A stretch of 63,796 nt of DNA from Octopus bimaculoides (GCF_001194135.2 NC_068995.1:1946976-2010771); one strand, 5' to 3'. Counted from the first letter of the stretch, positions 1 to 14,350 are shown. Made by a program: numbers and translations. Notes: generated by a model not told the origin, from the letters alone.

Positions 1-183
1 GTCTGTGTGTTTGTAGTGGGTGGAGGTGCTAAGGGCGGAGTGGAGGATGCTGACCGAAATGTCGAGAAAGGGGACAGAGGTGTCAGAGACAGTACAGGAG
101 AAGTGGAGGGCAGGATGGAAAGATTGAACGAAAGAGAGGAACGAGTCAAGATGTTCGCGGGAGAGAGAGGTGGCACCGATATA
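1..183 (-). mobile_element. Penelope-like element (PLE) reverse transcriptase fragment, running off the window edge
   Basis: Minus-strand translation 180->1 is stop-free: IGATSLSREHLDSFLSFVQSFHPALHFSCTVSDTSVPFLDISVSILHSALSTSTHYKHTD. This matches the PLE RT C-terminal pattern F..HP.L.FT.....S.PFLD..V......L.TS.Y.KPTD. The catalytic DD just upstream is absent (5'-truncated). Confidence 0.85.
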
Positions 184-272
184 TATTGACAGAAATTGCA
201 AGACAACAAAAGAATGAAAGAGACCTCGATATTATGTAAATACAGGAATTTATCTGTAAATATAACATTCGG

Positions 273-346
273 TAGCCATGATAAAACTCCGAGTTTCGGA
301 TGTCGGGGCGGAAACCCACGCCGGCATCTCTTCAGTTATCGGGCCA
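273..346 (-). ncRNA. Type I hammerhead ribozyme with intact catalytic core, PLE-associated
   Basis: Minus strand reads GATAA-CTGAAGA-GATGCCGG..CCGACATC-C-GAAA-CTC-G-GAG-TT-TTATC. Helix I is GATAA/TTATC (extended by TGGCC/GGCTA), the core is CUGAAGA...GAAA, helix II pairs, helix III is ACTC-G-GAGT, and the triplet is GUU (cut predicted after nt 285). Confidence 0.8.
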
Positions 347-1592
347 TCGAAAAAAAAAATAACTGTCACATATTGTATATATATATGTGCATGTAGATCA
401 GTGTGTGTGTGTGTGTGGTGTTTCAAACCCATTTGGTTCCGTTGCTTCAACTATTCATAAACGACGCAGATGATGGCCATAAACGGATTCAACGGACAAA
501 TAGAAACAACAAACAAAGCAAGTAGGTCAGTGTGCAGGAACCTTGTTGTTGTTTATTTACTGAGTGACCAGAAATGACTTACACAACATACTTTACGGAT
601 TAAACCAATGAAAACATCACACAGCATCCGGCAGTTTTAGGACAGAACTATTCCTCACGGAACCAAATTACATTGAAACATACAGCACTTGCACACATAC
701 ATACATGCATGCATACACGCACAAACACACATACATACACCAAATATCGAAGTGCATCCCTTGACTAAGTTTGGATGCATGAGGCTGATAACATCATAAA
801 ACTTGGAAAGTAGCTCCTTGAGCAACACTCTGTGTCTGGTAACCTTAAATAAATGTCCAAAGAAGTCGCACGACTCTACTGCAACGTATGTATACATCTA
901 TATGTGTATGTCTGTGTGTTATTGATGTGTGTATATGGGTTTCATCACTTCCATATAACACACAGTTTCGTTCCCTTTCCAATGCAATTTTCAAAAGTAG
1001 CCGTCATAGCTACCATCAACAACACCGCAGACCATCAATATCATCCAACGATCTTTTGCATCAACACCGCTCTATACCATGTAAGCCATCCACCGCCATG
1101 CCACCACGACACCAAACATCATGTGATCAGTGCGCACTAATAATGGTTCAATAACTATGGCTTCACGCGCTAATTAGACTGAAAGACAGCCGAGCAGAAA
1201 GACACCATAACGATCACTTCCGGTTTATAAAAGAACATGGCCAGTTAAAAGTTGTTGTAAGAATTCAGTGAGTTAAAGCTTCAGACTGGATTGTGGCAAA
1301 ACAATAAACAGATTGTATATTAAAGATATTGGAGTCTTGTGCACTTTAATCTTGAAGTAAACAAAAGAAAACGAACGCAATTGCTGTTGTTGGTGGTGGA
1401 GAAACAATAGGCTTCAACTCTCCTAACGACCATCTTGCGTTCGGGTTTTGCATATTCCTGGAATTTTCATTTGGCCATTCAGTCATCAAGAGCACTTATG
1501 GCGCCTACATATGCTTAGTGTATATATGTATGTACGTATGTATGTATACATACATACATACATACATACATACATACATACATACATACATA

Positions 1593-1811
1593 CAGGGGTT
1601 GGACAAAATAATGGAAACATCTTAAAATTTCAAACAAATTAATTTTAATATGGGGTAGGACTGCCTTTGGCAATAATTACACCTTGAATTCTACAAGGTA
1701 TGGACTCGTACAAAGTTTGAATTGTTTCCAAAGGAATTTTTGTTCAGCTAAAACAGTCTCCAGTTCTTGTAGTGATGATGGTGGAGGATATCGACTCCTT
1801 ACTTATTCTCC
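1593..1811 (-). mobile_element. Tc1-family DNA transposon, 3' end (TIR plus transposase C-terminus)
   Basis: TA followed by CAGGGGTTGGACAAAATAATGGAAACA (Tc1-type terminus). The minus strand gives a frameshifted ..ENKVRSRYPPPSSLQELETVLAE..KIPLETIQTLYESIPCRIQGVIIAKGSPTPY*, a typical Tc1 C-terminus. Confidence 0.8.
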
Positions 1812-3293
1812 AAGGCGCTGCCCCAGGATGGCTGCAGAGTAACGACTCAAGCAAGTAAAAGATAAAAAGAACACCTACTGTCGATTCCATAATCATTTAT
1901 AAACTTTGAGAGAAGCAGAAGAGGGGCTTTGTAACCCTTTGTTTACTCTGCTCCGAAAGGAAAGCAAGCATACGTGCATACATACATACATATGTAACAT
2001 TTTCAGCCTTGAAGGATTTTTTGTTGCACAAATCCACTCCCATACTTCTTTTTTCTAAAAAAAACTGCTACATATTCTATTGGTCCGTTTTACCGAACCA
2101 CTAAGTTACGATCGTGTCGTATACAAACCAACAGCGGTTGTCAAGCAAGTGAGTGAATGGTGATGAACAGATTTCGGTCTACCGTATTAAAGTGCACCAT
2201 TAAGTCATAAAGGAAACAGTTTTTTTTGTTTGTTTTGGAGAAGTGTTTCTTCTATAAACTATTTCAACAACCACCATGTCACGTATTACGTCCTGACTGT
2301 TTTTGACTCAAACTCTCTTATTTTATCAACTTCTCACGAATAGAATTTCCGTGAAAAATATTGTGCAATAATAACTTTTGCGAGTCGATGACGCAATGTC
2401 GATGACTTCATAAAAACAGAAAGAAAAAAAAAACGTAATAGTTTCAGATATTTAAACATTCTTAGATTTAAAATTTTTTTATGTAAGCATTCATTTTATA
2501 CGTGTTTTATCTGTATTTCTGTTCATTGATATCAAATTCACACGTCCTTATAATGGATTTCGAACAAAGCCTTTACATTAAAATGGCTCACAACAAAAGC
2601 TTCTTCAATAAACTCGCATTCATTGAGTAATTTCCCGGAAGTGGCAGTCATTAGAGCACCAGAGAGATTGCCTTTGAGGTAACTATTTCCACTCCCTGCT
2701 CCCTGAGTTCGAATTACATCGAAGTCAACTTTGCTTTTCATTCTCTCGAGGCCGATAAATAAAGTACCAGTCATGTAATGGGGTCGAGTCTTCTCTTTTT
2801 TCCTGTCTCTCCCTTTATCTCTCTCCTGTAAGAAATTGGCTGCGCTCAAACCCAAAGTGGGGTCAGCTCCGCCGGGTTTAAAATATCCAAGACTCACTGT
2901 ATGTAACAGCAGTGCTCTTACATCCACAGTTGACAGTGCAAAGCATGTGTGCGTACACACAGACACACACATATTATTTAGTCATTGGACTGAGGCCATG
3001 CTGGGGCACCGCCTTTAAGGGCTTAGATGAACAACTGGACCCCAGTACAATTTTGGTATATATTCTATTGGACCTGACACCGGTTCTCAAGCTGTGAGTG
3101 AGAGAAAAACACAAACACATACTACACACACTTTTCTGTCTATCTATCTATCTGTCTGTCTGTCTGTCTATCTAGCTATCTATCTTTCTACTCTGTCGAG
3201 TCAAGAGTTTTTCCGTATTTCCAATTTTAATAAATAGTTCAAATAAATTACTTACGAAAAGCGTTTATTCACCAAAATATCTACCGCCATATT

Positions 3294-3560
3294 CTACTGT
3301 CTGTTGCTATTGCTGTGCCCGAAGCTCCATTTAACGCTTGTGCCATTTGGCTGGTTTAGAAGCCAAAAACTCTCTGCACCCGTTTTCAACCTCATCCACA
3401 CTGTTGAGGAAATGAGCCATGACTCAGAAAAAGTGGTAATCTGATGGTGTAAGCTTTGAACTGTAGATAGGGTGAGACAGCACTTCCAGCCCCTCAGATT
3501 CCTCAACTTTGCACTCGGTCACATTGGCAGTCTGTGTGCTGGGGCATCATCATGCTGCAG
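3294..3560 (-). mobile_element. mariner transposase pseudogene fragment (catalytic C-terminal half)
   Basis: Minus: LQHDDAPAH/..ECKVEESEGLEVLSHPIYSSKLTPSDYHFF*VMAHFLNSVDEVENGCREFLASKPAKWHKR*MELRAQQ*QQTV. This corresponds to mariner HDNA...HPPYSPDLAPSDY, with stops and a frameshift. Confidence 0.85.
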
Positions 3561-3660
3561 TAGTGTGTGTCTTTGATTTACCAATGCCAAGTAGCAGGCT
3601 TTCAAAGCGCTATATACTCATTGCAGTTGTTGAGCATAAAGGTTAACGTTCAAAGCATGG

Positions 3661-3780
3661 CCGAAAGGATGAAAGCAAAGTCGACCTCGGCGGAATTTGA
3701 ACTCAGAACGTACAGACAGACGAAATACCGTTAAGCATTTCGCCCGGCCTGCTAATGTTTCTGCCAGCTCCTCGCCGCCT
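3661..3780 (-). mobile_element. SINE family A, tRNA-like head
   Basis: Reverse complement of the head seen at 61156 and 61957 (aggcggcgaggagctggcagaaacattagc...ctgagttcaaattccgccgaggtcgactttgc). Confidence 0.75.
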
Positions 3781-6005
3781 GATAATATAAACATAACACT
3801 ATGTAATATGATATATAATTTCACTTGATTAGACCCAAACCGTTTCCGATTCGTGAATTCTCCTTCGCCAGGATATTTTAATAAATTGAATTGTTTTCTT
3901 TCAGACTTTGATTGACACAAATCTCCACATAAACACTGTTCCGTCACATTTCGCATTTTAATTTCCAGAAACTACTCATTGCATGGCGTTGAAGATCCTT
4001 NNNNNNNNNNNNNNNNNNNNNNNNNNNNNNNNNNNNNNNNNNNNNNNNNNNNNNNNNNNNNNNNNNNNNNNNNNNNNNNNNNNNNNNNNNNNNNNNNNNN
4101 NNNNNNNNNNNNNNNNNNNNNNNNNNNNNNNNNNNNNNNNNNNNNNNNNNNNNNNNNNNNNNNNNNNNNNNNNNNNNNNNNNNTATATGCTATATATATA
4201 TAGCATATATATATATTTATAGCAGACACACACACACACACACACACACATATGGTCTCTCTCTCGCTCTTTCTTTCTCTCTCTCTCTCTCTTAGAAACA
4301 CGTCATAGGTGTCCGTCAGCATCCGGCTAAGACCATTTCCTAGGTTTCTAAAGTGACAACTTGCTGACGTCCCCAACCTTGCAACACAACAATTCTTGTT
4401 GTCCAATAACAACTCAATTCTGTTATATAATAATAATGATAACAACAACAACAACTGTAATAACGTAAACGGCTGTGTTTGACATAAACCGGATATGACG
4501 TCAATAAGGTCTCACTAGCTCCTCTTGCAATGGCTTTATAATATTCTTTGCAGAAGAGAAAGATATACAGGAAGTCACCTGTAACGGGCGCATCGTTAGT
4601 GCCAATGGACCGGTGTTTGGGGAATATTATACTGTGAAACTTATGGTGCGGTTATATATTATGAATGCGTATATAGTAAATGGTGTAGAGTGTTTGATGA
4701 AATATATAGTGGCAGTGGAGATATATTGATTGGCTAGCTTGGCGGAGCCTGCTTCTTTCCAAGGTAATACAGATACATGCATGCATATAAACATATATGC
4801 AAACATACATTCAAGACGCAAGTATCACTCGCGAATGAGTAACATGTACCATGCTTTTACTAATTGTTTTAGTGCCTGTGCAGTCACGTGAAAACAAACG
4901 CGCTCTCGTCTCTCCAAAGGTTTGACCCAGCGGCCCACGATGTGACACCTGGAAAGAGAGGGAGAGTGAGAGTTGCACTAAAACTGGGCTGGTACTCATT
5001 TTCAGCTGGGTAGATTGAATGAAGTGCCTTGCTTAAGGATGCAATGAGCTTCTTGATTCAGGAAGTGAACGCACGACATAATGATCGCGAACCAAACACT
5101 CAAAGCAACAGACCGTGCGTTTTCATATACATCCATGCATAGATACATGCATATATATATGTGTGTGTATGTGTGTATGCATATATGTATGTATATATGT
5201 ATGTATATTAGCATACACGCATATGTACAAGCATATAGACACGTACATATATTATCAATATGTTAATGTATGCGTGTATACACACGCTGGTTTTAATGAA
5301 TGGGCGCTTAAGTACTCAATACCCTAGAAGTCTGTGGTATATTGTAGACCAAAGTTGGAGACGAACTGCAGAAGATCTTCAAATATAAGAGGACGTTCTT
5401 AATATAAGGGGGGCAATGTGTTCAGGATTGAAATAGGGGTTTTAAAAAAGACACTTTAGAATTAACACCGGTCATTGGATTCGATGTAGAGAGAAAAAAC
5501 GTCTGTAAAAATAAAGACAGAAAAAAGACCTACATATCGGGAGTTGAGTGCAGAGTGTGTTGTGTGTTTGTTTGTTTGTTTGTATGTATGTATGTATGTA
5601 TGTATGTATGTATGTATGTATGTATGTATGTATGTATGTATGTATGTATGTATGTATGCGTGTGTGTGTGTATACATGCATGCATGNNNNNNNNNNNNNN
5701 NNNNNNNNNNNNNNNNNNNNNNNNNNNNNNNNNNNNNNNNNNNNNNNNNNNNNNNNNNNNNNNNNNNNNNNNNNNNNNNNNNNNNNNNNNNNNNNNNNNN
5801 NNNNNNNNNNNNNNNNNNNNNNNNNNNNNNNNNNNNNNNNNNNNNNNNNNNNNNNNNNNNNNNNNNNNNNNNNNNNNNNNNNNNNNNNNNNNNNNNNNNN
5901 NNNNNNNNNNNNNNNNNNNNNNNNNNNNNNNNNNNNNNNNNNNNNNNNNNNNNNNNNNNNNNNNNNNNNNNNNNNNNNNNNNNNNNNNNNNNNNNNNNNN
6001 NNNNN

Positions 6006-6065
<60 letters not shown>

Positions 6066-7324
6066 ATTTAAAGAAGGAAACAGGTTTATGACAAAGGCAG
6101 AAGTCAGATGTTTGGGTGAGAAAACACAATGTGCATGTACACACGTATCCGTGCGTGTATGTATGAGCTTGTAAGTGTTTGTGTGAGAGAGAGAGGTGTG
6201 GGTGTAGGTGTCGTCGTAGATGCAATGGCAACTGAGATGTTTTAATCTGGATAAATGGGAAAAAATAGAAACTAATAATTAAATCATAATAAAATCAAAT
6301 ATAAAAAAAGAAAAAATATATAGAAGAAAAATTAAAGAACTACTGCTTTGGAATAAAAAATATAAAAATCCTTCTCACATGGACACATGAACGTTTAAAG
6401 AGAGAGAAGTGGGGCGGGGTTTAGACTGTTAATTATGTAATATAATTAGAATAAGTAATTAATTCAATTGTTAATTAGCAGTGGAGATCAGAAGTACTTC
6501 TAGAAAGAGACGTTTGTTCTAATTGCCGATATAAATAGCTGAAGGTATCTAGGTTGGTTTGGTTAGTATGTCGCCGTTGGTGGTGCTGTTGTCGTTGTTG
6601 TTGTAGTGAGGCTAACACAGGCCACGTCTTGATCGGGCAGACCTATGATCAACGAGTCCAGCCATGACCATCGCGCATATTTTGAGTCCCAAGAAGAGAT
6701 AATATTGTCTAAAGTAGGCATGGATAACCCTTTTTCGAGAAGGGAGCCGCTCTACTAACAAATAATTTCAAAGCAATTCTTCGTTGGGCTTACCATTCAG
6801 AAAGGCCCACGGGCCGCACTTTGCCTATGGCTGGTCTGAAGGATAGTCTTCTTGAACGCACCAGTGTGTACAGTAACTTGGCTAATGGGAGGGAGATGAG
6901 TCATGGGGAGTGGGGATCGTCGCCGGGTGACACTTTTATGGGGCGGCACTTTGCGCCTGTTGTATAACCTTGTCTTGGTTGTATTGCCTGAGGGTGGAGA
7001 GCTCAAGGACTGTCCCAGGCGGCACATACACTTCGGTAATGCCATTGAACGTGTGATTTGAAAGATATTTAGCGACCCTAGGAATTGAACCTTAAACTCT
7101 TGTTGCGTATTTAGTTTGATGTTACAGTGTGTATGTGTAAGTGTGAGTTCGTAGGTGTAAGCATGCGTTTGTAAATGTATGTTAGTGTATGTATATGTGT
7201 TTGCGTAAGTGTGTGCATTTGTGTATGTGTGTCCTTGAGTATGTGTAACTCTGTGTGCATGTGTGTAAGTGGGCGCTTTCGTGCGTGTGTAAGTGTGTAT
7301 GAGCTTGTGTACGTGTCTATGTGC

Positions 7325-7362
<38 letters not shown>

Positions 7363-7999
7363 ATGTATATGTGTGCGCGTGTGTGTATTTGTGTATGTGT
7401 GTAAGTGGTCGAGATGGCGGTAGCGATAGTTGCAGTGCGGTGAGATTGAACTGTTAACGAGCAGAATTTAGATTTGATTTTGTTTTTAATTGTATCTGTT
7501 AATTGGATAAAGTGCAGACGACGACGACGGTGGTGATGACGACGGTGGTGATGACGACGACGGTGTTGATGCTTGTAACGATCATGATTATAATGAGGAT
7601 GATGATATTGATGGCGGTGAAAATGATGGCGAAGACTACGATAGTAGTGTTAAGAAAAATACTTGATGCAATTCATTTGCTTGAAACTACAACCCCTAAT
7701 TAAGATTTTCATATTGTTAACCCTTAACATCCCGTGAAAAATGTTCTCAGTCAAAATCCCTAGTCCTGTAATGATTCCGTACTGAAGATAAATGAATGAC
7801 AAAAGAAGGGATTAGGGTTTTCTGTTTTACATTAGAGAGATCCTCACTTCCCTTTTAAAATGAATGTAAACAATGTTGACACGATTGTTGTGATATCCTG
7901 CATTTCGGGACTCGTTGACTTATACAGTCCCGTGCGGTACTGTGTCTTAAGGCAGTTAAGAATCCATTAGACTGTCTTACCGATACAGTGATGTTGTGT

Positions 8000-8410
8000 T
8001 GCTATGTTATGCGATTATAATAATGTAGTTATGTTAATATGTACTGGGTCTGTATGTCAATATATCAAGGATATCGTGCCATTGTGTTTGTTATTGTGTC
8101 AATATGTTAATGATAGCAAATCGTGTTATTAAGTTAGTAATATTGAGACAATACGTGAGTATCTTTTAGCCCGCCAATGTATTTGTGGTTTTGTGTCAAC
8201 GTGGTGTCAATACTGTGATTATATATCAGTGTTATTGTGTCAATATGCTAAGTGATATTGCGTCAGTATATTAGTAACATTGTATCGGTATATTGTTGAT
8301 CTTATGACAATGTATTAGTGCTATTGTGTTAATGTGATATCAATATTGTGTTTTATAAACCAGCGTTATTGTGTCGATATGTTAGTAATATTATGTCAAT
8401 GTGTTTGTGA
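8000..8410. repeat. Degenerate AT-rich minisatellite (unit roughly 20-25 bp, core ttattgtgtcaatatg)
   Basis: The motif gttattgtgtcaatatg(t/c)ta recurs at about 8091, 8231 and 8366, with more decayed copies in between. Confidence 0.6.
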
Positions 8411-9984
8411 TATTATACAGCTGTCTAGGAAGGTTTGTTTACTGCGAAAGTGAAATCATTTACTAACTTTAATTAATGGAATAAAAACAATTCGCTCTTC
8501 ACCAAGATCACGATTGAAATTAAATTAAAAAAAAAAAATACGAAACCATCAACTTTAATTTATTCATCTTTTAACATTCCTGGCATTCATTCTGAGATGG
8601 AATTAATGAAGCTCAAGTGTTTCTGAAGATCTTGGAATATTTTCTTTTTTTTATGGTCAGAAAATTAAACCCAATAAAACGAGGTAAAGTGTCGTTTGTT
8701 TGTTTATTTCAGCTCTTGTTTTTGCTCCGTTTTTTTTTTCTTCTTTTACCCGTGGCCAACCTGGCACCATTTATTGCAACTTCACCGCCTCCTTCTTGGA
8801 TACCTTTAACGAAAGCTTCAATCAGTTTCTATATTTATTGTTATTTATATGTAACACAATAACTGGACAATGTAGCGTCATTGTTTCTGGTAGTGGGGAG
8901 ATAATGGTCAGTTTGATTATGGACGGGTGATGAGAGATTGACCATCATTTTGTGTTTAGTTTGACTCCGAGTATGATATGCCAGACTGACCAGCATGTGA
9001 GTCAACTTGATCCTGGGGATGTCAAGCCAGCTTGACCACAAGATGTTGGTTATTGTGGCTATGAAATAATCACGTCATTTACAGGATGGTCAGAGTGTAT
9101 CTGGAGGTGATTATATATACATATATATATATACACACACAAAGAAAGAGAGAGGGGACAGATAGATAGATAGATAGATAGATAGATAAAGGCTTAGCCA
9201 CAGTCACAAGCGACAATAATACGGCAGCTAAAGGTACCAATATAATCCCTATATATATACATAGGCATCCGGAAGGCCCTCTTACCATTGAACCAGCGGA
9301 GCCACAAGGATATAGCAGCAGCCGGGGAGAAAGAGAGTGAGAAGGGGGAGCTGCACCGGTACTAGTCTGGTATTCCTTTCTGACTGAACAGATGAGAGCA
9401 GCGTGAAATAAAGTGAAGGACAAGAGACCTGACCCAGCCCAGGAATCGATCCCACGATTTTTATGACCGAGAGCCCACTTCCTTAACCACGAGGCCACGC
9501 ACATTCAAATTACAATAAAATACCAGTTACATAAATGGATCGATTGAATAGATTGTTTTTCCACCTGTCTACATTGCATCAAAACAATATAATTAACAAA
9601 GATTTTAATTAACAAAATCATTCACACTTCTGTCAGTGTTAATGACATTAATCGCGCAAGAGTCGTTTGCAGTAAGAACACTCAGAAAATAAATTCACTC
9701 AACTGCTCCGAATGCTCCGAAGACCAAATTAGCAGCTTCCGTTGCCTATGCGACCTAATCATCAGTGGAAGAGGAGCTCCGAAAACATAATGGCCAGAGT
9801 CAAAATAGAATGGAAAAAAAATTCTGAAAGCTATCACCTCTGCTGGTTATAAAAGGTTTCTTTCGGAATGTGAAGGAGAGATTGTACGAAGCTTGTGCAC
9901 GGATGTGATTTCGTACTATCGTGAAATACAGGCACTGAATGTGGAGGCTGAGTAAAGGCGAAATTAACAGAGCCGAGGGAGCTC

Positions 9985-10170
9985 TGTTGATGTGGCACTC
10001 CGTCGGTTACGACGACGAGGGTTCCAGTTGATCCGATCAACGGAACAGCCTGCTCGTGAAATTTACATGCAAGTGGCTGAGCACTCCACAGACACGTGTG
10101 CCCTTAACGTAGTTCTCGGGGAGATTCAGCGTCACACAGAGTGTAACAAGGCTGGCCCTTTGAAATACAT
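9985..10170 (-). mobile_element. SINE family C, 3' part
   Basis: Reverse complement of gtatttcaaagggccagccttg...ggatcaactggaaccctcgtcgtcgtaaccgacggagtgcc, also seen at 38100-38261 and partially near 20890 and 21300. Confidence 0.75.
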
Positions 10171-11351
10171 ACATATGCATATATACATACATATATGTAC
10201 TTACTTACATATGTATATATAAATATATGGGTACAGGACGTCACAAAACGTAAACAACACGAAGTACGAAAACAACAGGAATTACGAAATACAAAAACAA
10301 CATGAAATACGAAGGCAAACTTTGGTACACAAACAACGAGAGAAACAAATGGAAAACAAGACAAGTAACATAAAGAACGACCTTTCATCAGTTGTCGGCT
10401 GTTCATCTACTCCACATTTCGAGCAATTCACGTATATATATATATATNNNNNNNNNNNNNNNNNNNNNNNNNNNNNNNNNNNNNNNNNNNTATATATACT
10501 TATACACACGCGCACACATACACATATGAAATGCTGATAGAATTTACAGTCGAATTTAAAACATTCTAGGAGAAATTGACTTAGCAATAATCTCAGTTGG
10601 CCAATATAACTCTTGAGAATAGAGATGCTGAATTCTAACGATAACACCGTTGGATCGTTGAAATGGTTTTCCCAGGATTACGTTCCAAACTTCAGACACA
10701 TATCTATTTTTGTAACATCACCAATGTTTATGGCTATAATTGGTCGGTAGCTTCTTCAAGAGACAACGAAGAAAGAACATAATAGAGAATAAATTATATC
10801 GATGAGCTATCAACAACGACCGGCAGAATCTTGCGAACTATTTTTCTGGCTAACTTTAAAAAAAAATTTTTTAAAGGATTAACCTACCGTTAAAATTGAA
10901 ACTAAAAATTAACTTTTGTGATTATTAAATTGTAAAAAATGCGAGTACAATTTTGGTTGTAAGTCGTGAGATTCATTATTTATTCTGTGTGCAGAAGTGC
11001 TTTGAGATGGACAGTGGTGTTGGAAGAATTTAACGAAATTAATGTTGGATCTCTTTCTCATACATACACACGCACATGCACGTCCGTTTATTGGTATATA
11101 TCTGCAATCTGAAGATTCTTAGCCGTAGACGAGACTGTTGGTCACTGAGAAGTATTGAATCAGCCCAAAATTCGGAGTAACTGGTACCTTCACTCTACAA
11201 ACGTGTAGAATTATTACATTTTAAATGGTACAAGTCTGTGGTACATTAGAATTACGCACGTACATACATACAAACACACATTACGTACACATATTCATAT
11301 AAACATATATATGTAAGTATATGTATACATACATATACATACATATATATA

Positions 11352-11435
<84 letters not shown>

Positions 11436-12934
11436 NNNNNNNNNNNNNNNNNNNNNNNNNNNNNNNNNNNNNNNNNNNNNNNNNNNNNNNNNNNNNNNNN
11501 NNNNNNNNNNNNNNNNNNNNNNNNNNNNNNNNNNNNNNNNNNNNNNNNNNNNNNNNNNNNNNNNNNNNNNNNNNNNNNNNNNNNNNNNNNNNNNNNNNNN
11601 NNNNNNNNNNNNNNNNNNNNNNNNNNNNNNNNNNNNNNNNNNNNNNNNNNNNNNNNNNNNNNNNNNNNNNNNNNNNNNNNNNNNNNNNNNNNNNNNNNNN
11701 NNNNNNNNNNNNNNNNNNNNNNNNNACAGCAACCTACAAAACCATTCAGTTTAACCAAACATTACACTTTAAGATTCCTGCCTCGTAACCAAATTATTTC
11801 TAAAGTTGTGACGTGAAAGAAGAGGAGGAAAAAAAGGAGAGAGAAAGAGAAAGCGGATGAGTTAAAACAACAGTAACTAATAATAATAATAATAATAATG
11901 ATAATAATGATAACAACAACAACAACAATAATAATAATAATCTGATGTAGTACCAGGCAGTGGCTCTCATGGCTTTTGATCTTAACTGGTTGGAAGTGTT
12001 CTCATGTACATTGTTTTGTTTTTGGTAAAAGATGGGACACAGCAAATACGGAAACAGGTGAGAGAACAACAAACAGGTGTATTAGTTTGACCCTCAAGAA
12101 GAATGGGTGAGTCTTTGCCGTTTCGAGCCTATGATCTTCAACAGAAAGGGACGAGAGAAAAAAAAATAAAGAGTAGACGAAAAAACGAAGAGAGAAAAAA
12201 ATGTCTAGTGTATTTTTCATGCATGTCTAATTTGGGATTTGGGATTATTAGAAACACAGACAAGCAAATAACAATGTGAGGGACAAAAGTTACGAATATT
12301 TTTGGAATTTTCTTGGAATTTCTAGACGTTTCCGTGCAATTCTAGGCAGGATGAATTTTATAGAAATATTAGTTTCAAGACGTTGTTGAACTTAAGAATA
12401 AAAGCTTTGTTATTGGAAAACCAGAATTTGAAGAATAGAATTTGGGAATGGAATTTGGACTACGGCGTTTCTTTAATGGTGCTAAATATAGTTTACATTT
12501 TAAATTAGTTCTTGTGGCGGTTAATAGATATCTTTAAATGAGATATTTCGTTCATTAAGATCACGTGTTTGTGTGTGTGCGTGTGTATTATTCTATTCTT
12601 TTATCCTTTTGTTTCAGTTATTTGACTGCGCCCATGCTGGAGCACCGGCTTATACGTGCGCTCGCGCATGCACACACACGCATATACACAGACACATATA
12701 TACACACATGCATACGTATACATATATTCATATGTATATACGTCTATAGATACATACACACACACATGTATATGTGTTTATTGAGTTTGGTACGTATAAT
12801 TCACAAGGCTTCAACAACAACAACAACAAGTACAACACCCACCTTCTTCCTTGACCACTGTCTTTTCCCCTCTCACTTCAAAACCATCATATGTGGCCTG
12901 TTTTTCTTCTCTTTGTGATTCGTTGTCATCACCA

Positions 12935-13125
12935 GGTCTGGCAGAATCATTTGCACGCCGGACAAAAGGCTTCGCAACGCTTCGTCCGTCTGAATGAAAA
13001 TTTCGCCGCGGTCAACTTTGACTTTTATCCCTGCTGTGTCGATAAAATAAGTACCAGTTAAACACTGGAGTCGATGTAATTGACTTACCCCCTCACCTCA
13101 GGCCTTGTCTCTATAGTGGACAGGA
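12935..13125 (+). mobile_element. SINE family A copy
   Basis: ctggcagaatc...gtcaactttg...gtcgataaaataagtaccagtt...gtcgatgtaattgacttacccc, shared with copies at 41400, 57200, 59360, 61156 and 61957. Confidence 0.75.
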
Positions 13126-14325
13126 TTATTGCTACTAGGTCAACCGGAACCAGAGTTCATCCGAGCCGTTTAATTTATGTCTTGCTCATTCGACTTAAAA
13201 ACTCTTATTTAAGATATGGGTGAATTCTGATTCTGGTTTACCAAGGAAATTATACACTCCACCGTCCATAACTAAACAATTACACACACACACACACAAA
13301 ACACACATACACACACGCACACGCAAACACACAGTCATACATCGCACGTAATTTATTCGCGTTGACTGCGATTTTACAAAACATTTGACGCGACTCGCAA
13401 TTTTTGGTCGCCCATCTGTTGTTATGAAGCTTTTTTTCTAATATTAATTGCAATTTAACAATCACATGTACACGCACATACACACACTCACACACACACA
13501 CACACATATATATGTTTATACAGATGCATAAAAACATATATATGTGTGTGTGTCTGAACATATATATATATATAGTATGTATGTATATATGTATGTATGT
13601 ATATTTTATATGTCAATTATATATCTGAGGGACGTAGTGTCTGGTTAGGCAAGACAGGCAGTGCATACCGAAACTATAACAACTATAAATATAATTTGAT
13701 ACATAAAACTTTCCATTTCATGATAGAAATCGCTAATTTAATGCCCGCATTTCAGCATAAATGGCTACAGTGTTCATGTTTTGACATGCGCAATTTCCGC
13801 TGCGTTTCAAACTCAGTTTATCCGTGAAGCTATTAAAATCACATTGTGTGAGATGTGGTTTTTAATAAATTTGAAACGGTGAATGGTGTCAGCGGTCCGC
13901 AAACATTTCTGGCTTCGTTCAACGTCATTACAGACAGCGTCTGTCCAAATGGCGCTGGCGATAATTTTTTAGAAACATTCTATTTCATGTGAGTCTACGA
14001 TGAATAAGTAATAACGAATACACACACACACACACACAGATACATAAATACATGCTTTCATACATGTCCAAACATTGACGCTTACATGCACACACCACAT
14101 ACACACGCACACGCTCATATAAATGTTTGTTTTTTATGTGAAGTTATAGGAGCTAATTAAGGACCACTCTACTTTTTCGTGGAGGACATATTTATTAATA
14201 TTTTCATGAAAAAGCCGGAATGTAACTTCGGAGTTTCGAATTAATGGCTGTCAATATACATACACATACACATGCACACAGACGCACAGACACACATACG
14301 CATATATTTATGTGTGTGAGTATAT

Positions 14326-14350
14326 ACGAGGGGTTGCTGAAAAGTTACTG
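14326..14350 (+). mobile_element. Isolated mariner-like terminal inverted repeat
   Basis: TA-CGAGGGGTTGCTGAAAAGTT resembles a mariner terminus. No partner TIR was seen. Confidence 0.4.

Noticed and set aside
1341-2200. gtgcactttaa / ttaaagtgcac pair as Kolobok-like termini
   Set aside because: They point outward rather than inward and match over only 11 bp.
4554-4650. Acceptor followed by open frame EKDIQEVTCNGRIVSANGPVFGEYYTVKLM
   Set aside because: Weak donor and no homology I can recognise; expected by chance in 64 kb.
10230-10430. Repeat with minus-strand GAAAT...CAACTGATGAAAGG (possible permuted hammerhead)
   Set aside because: Helices cannot be closed from this single copy.
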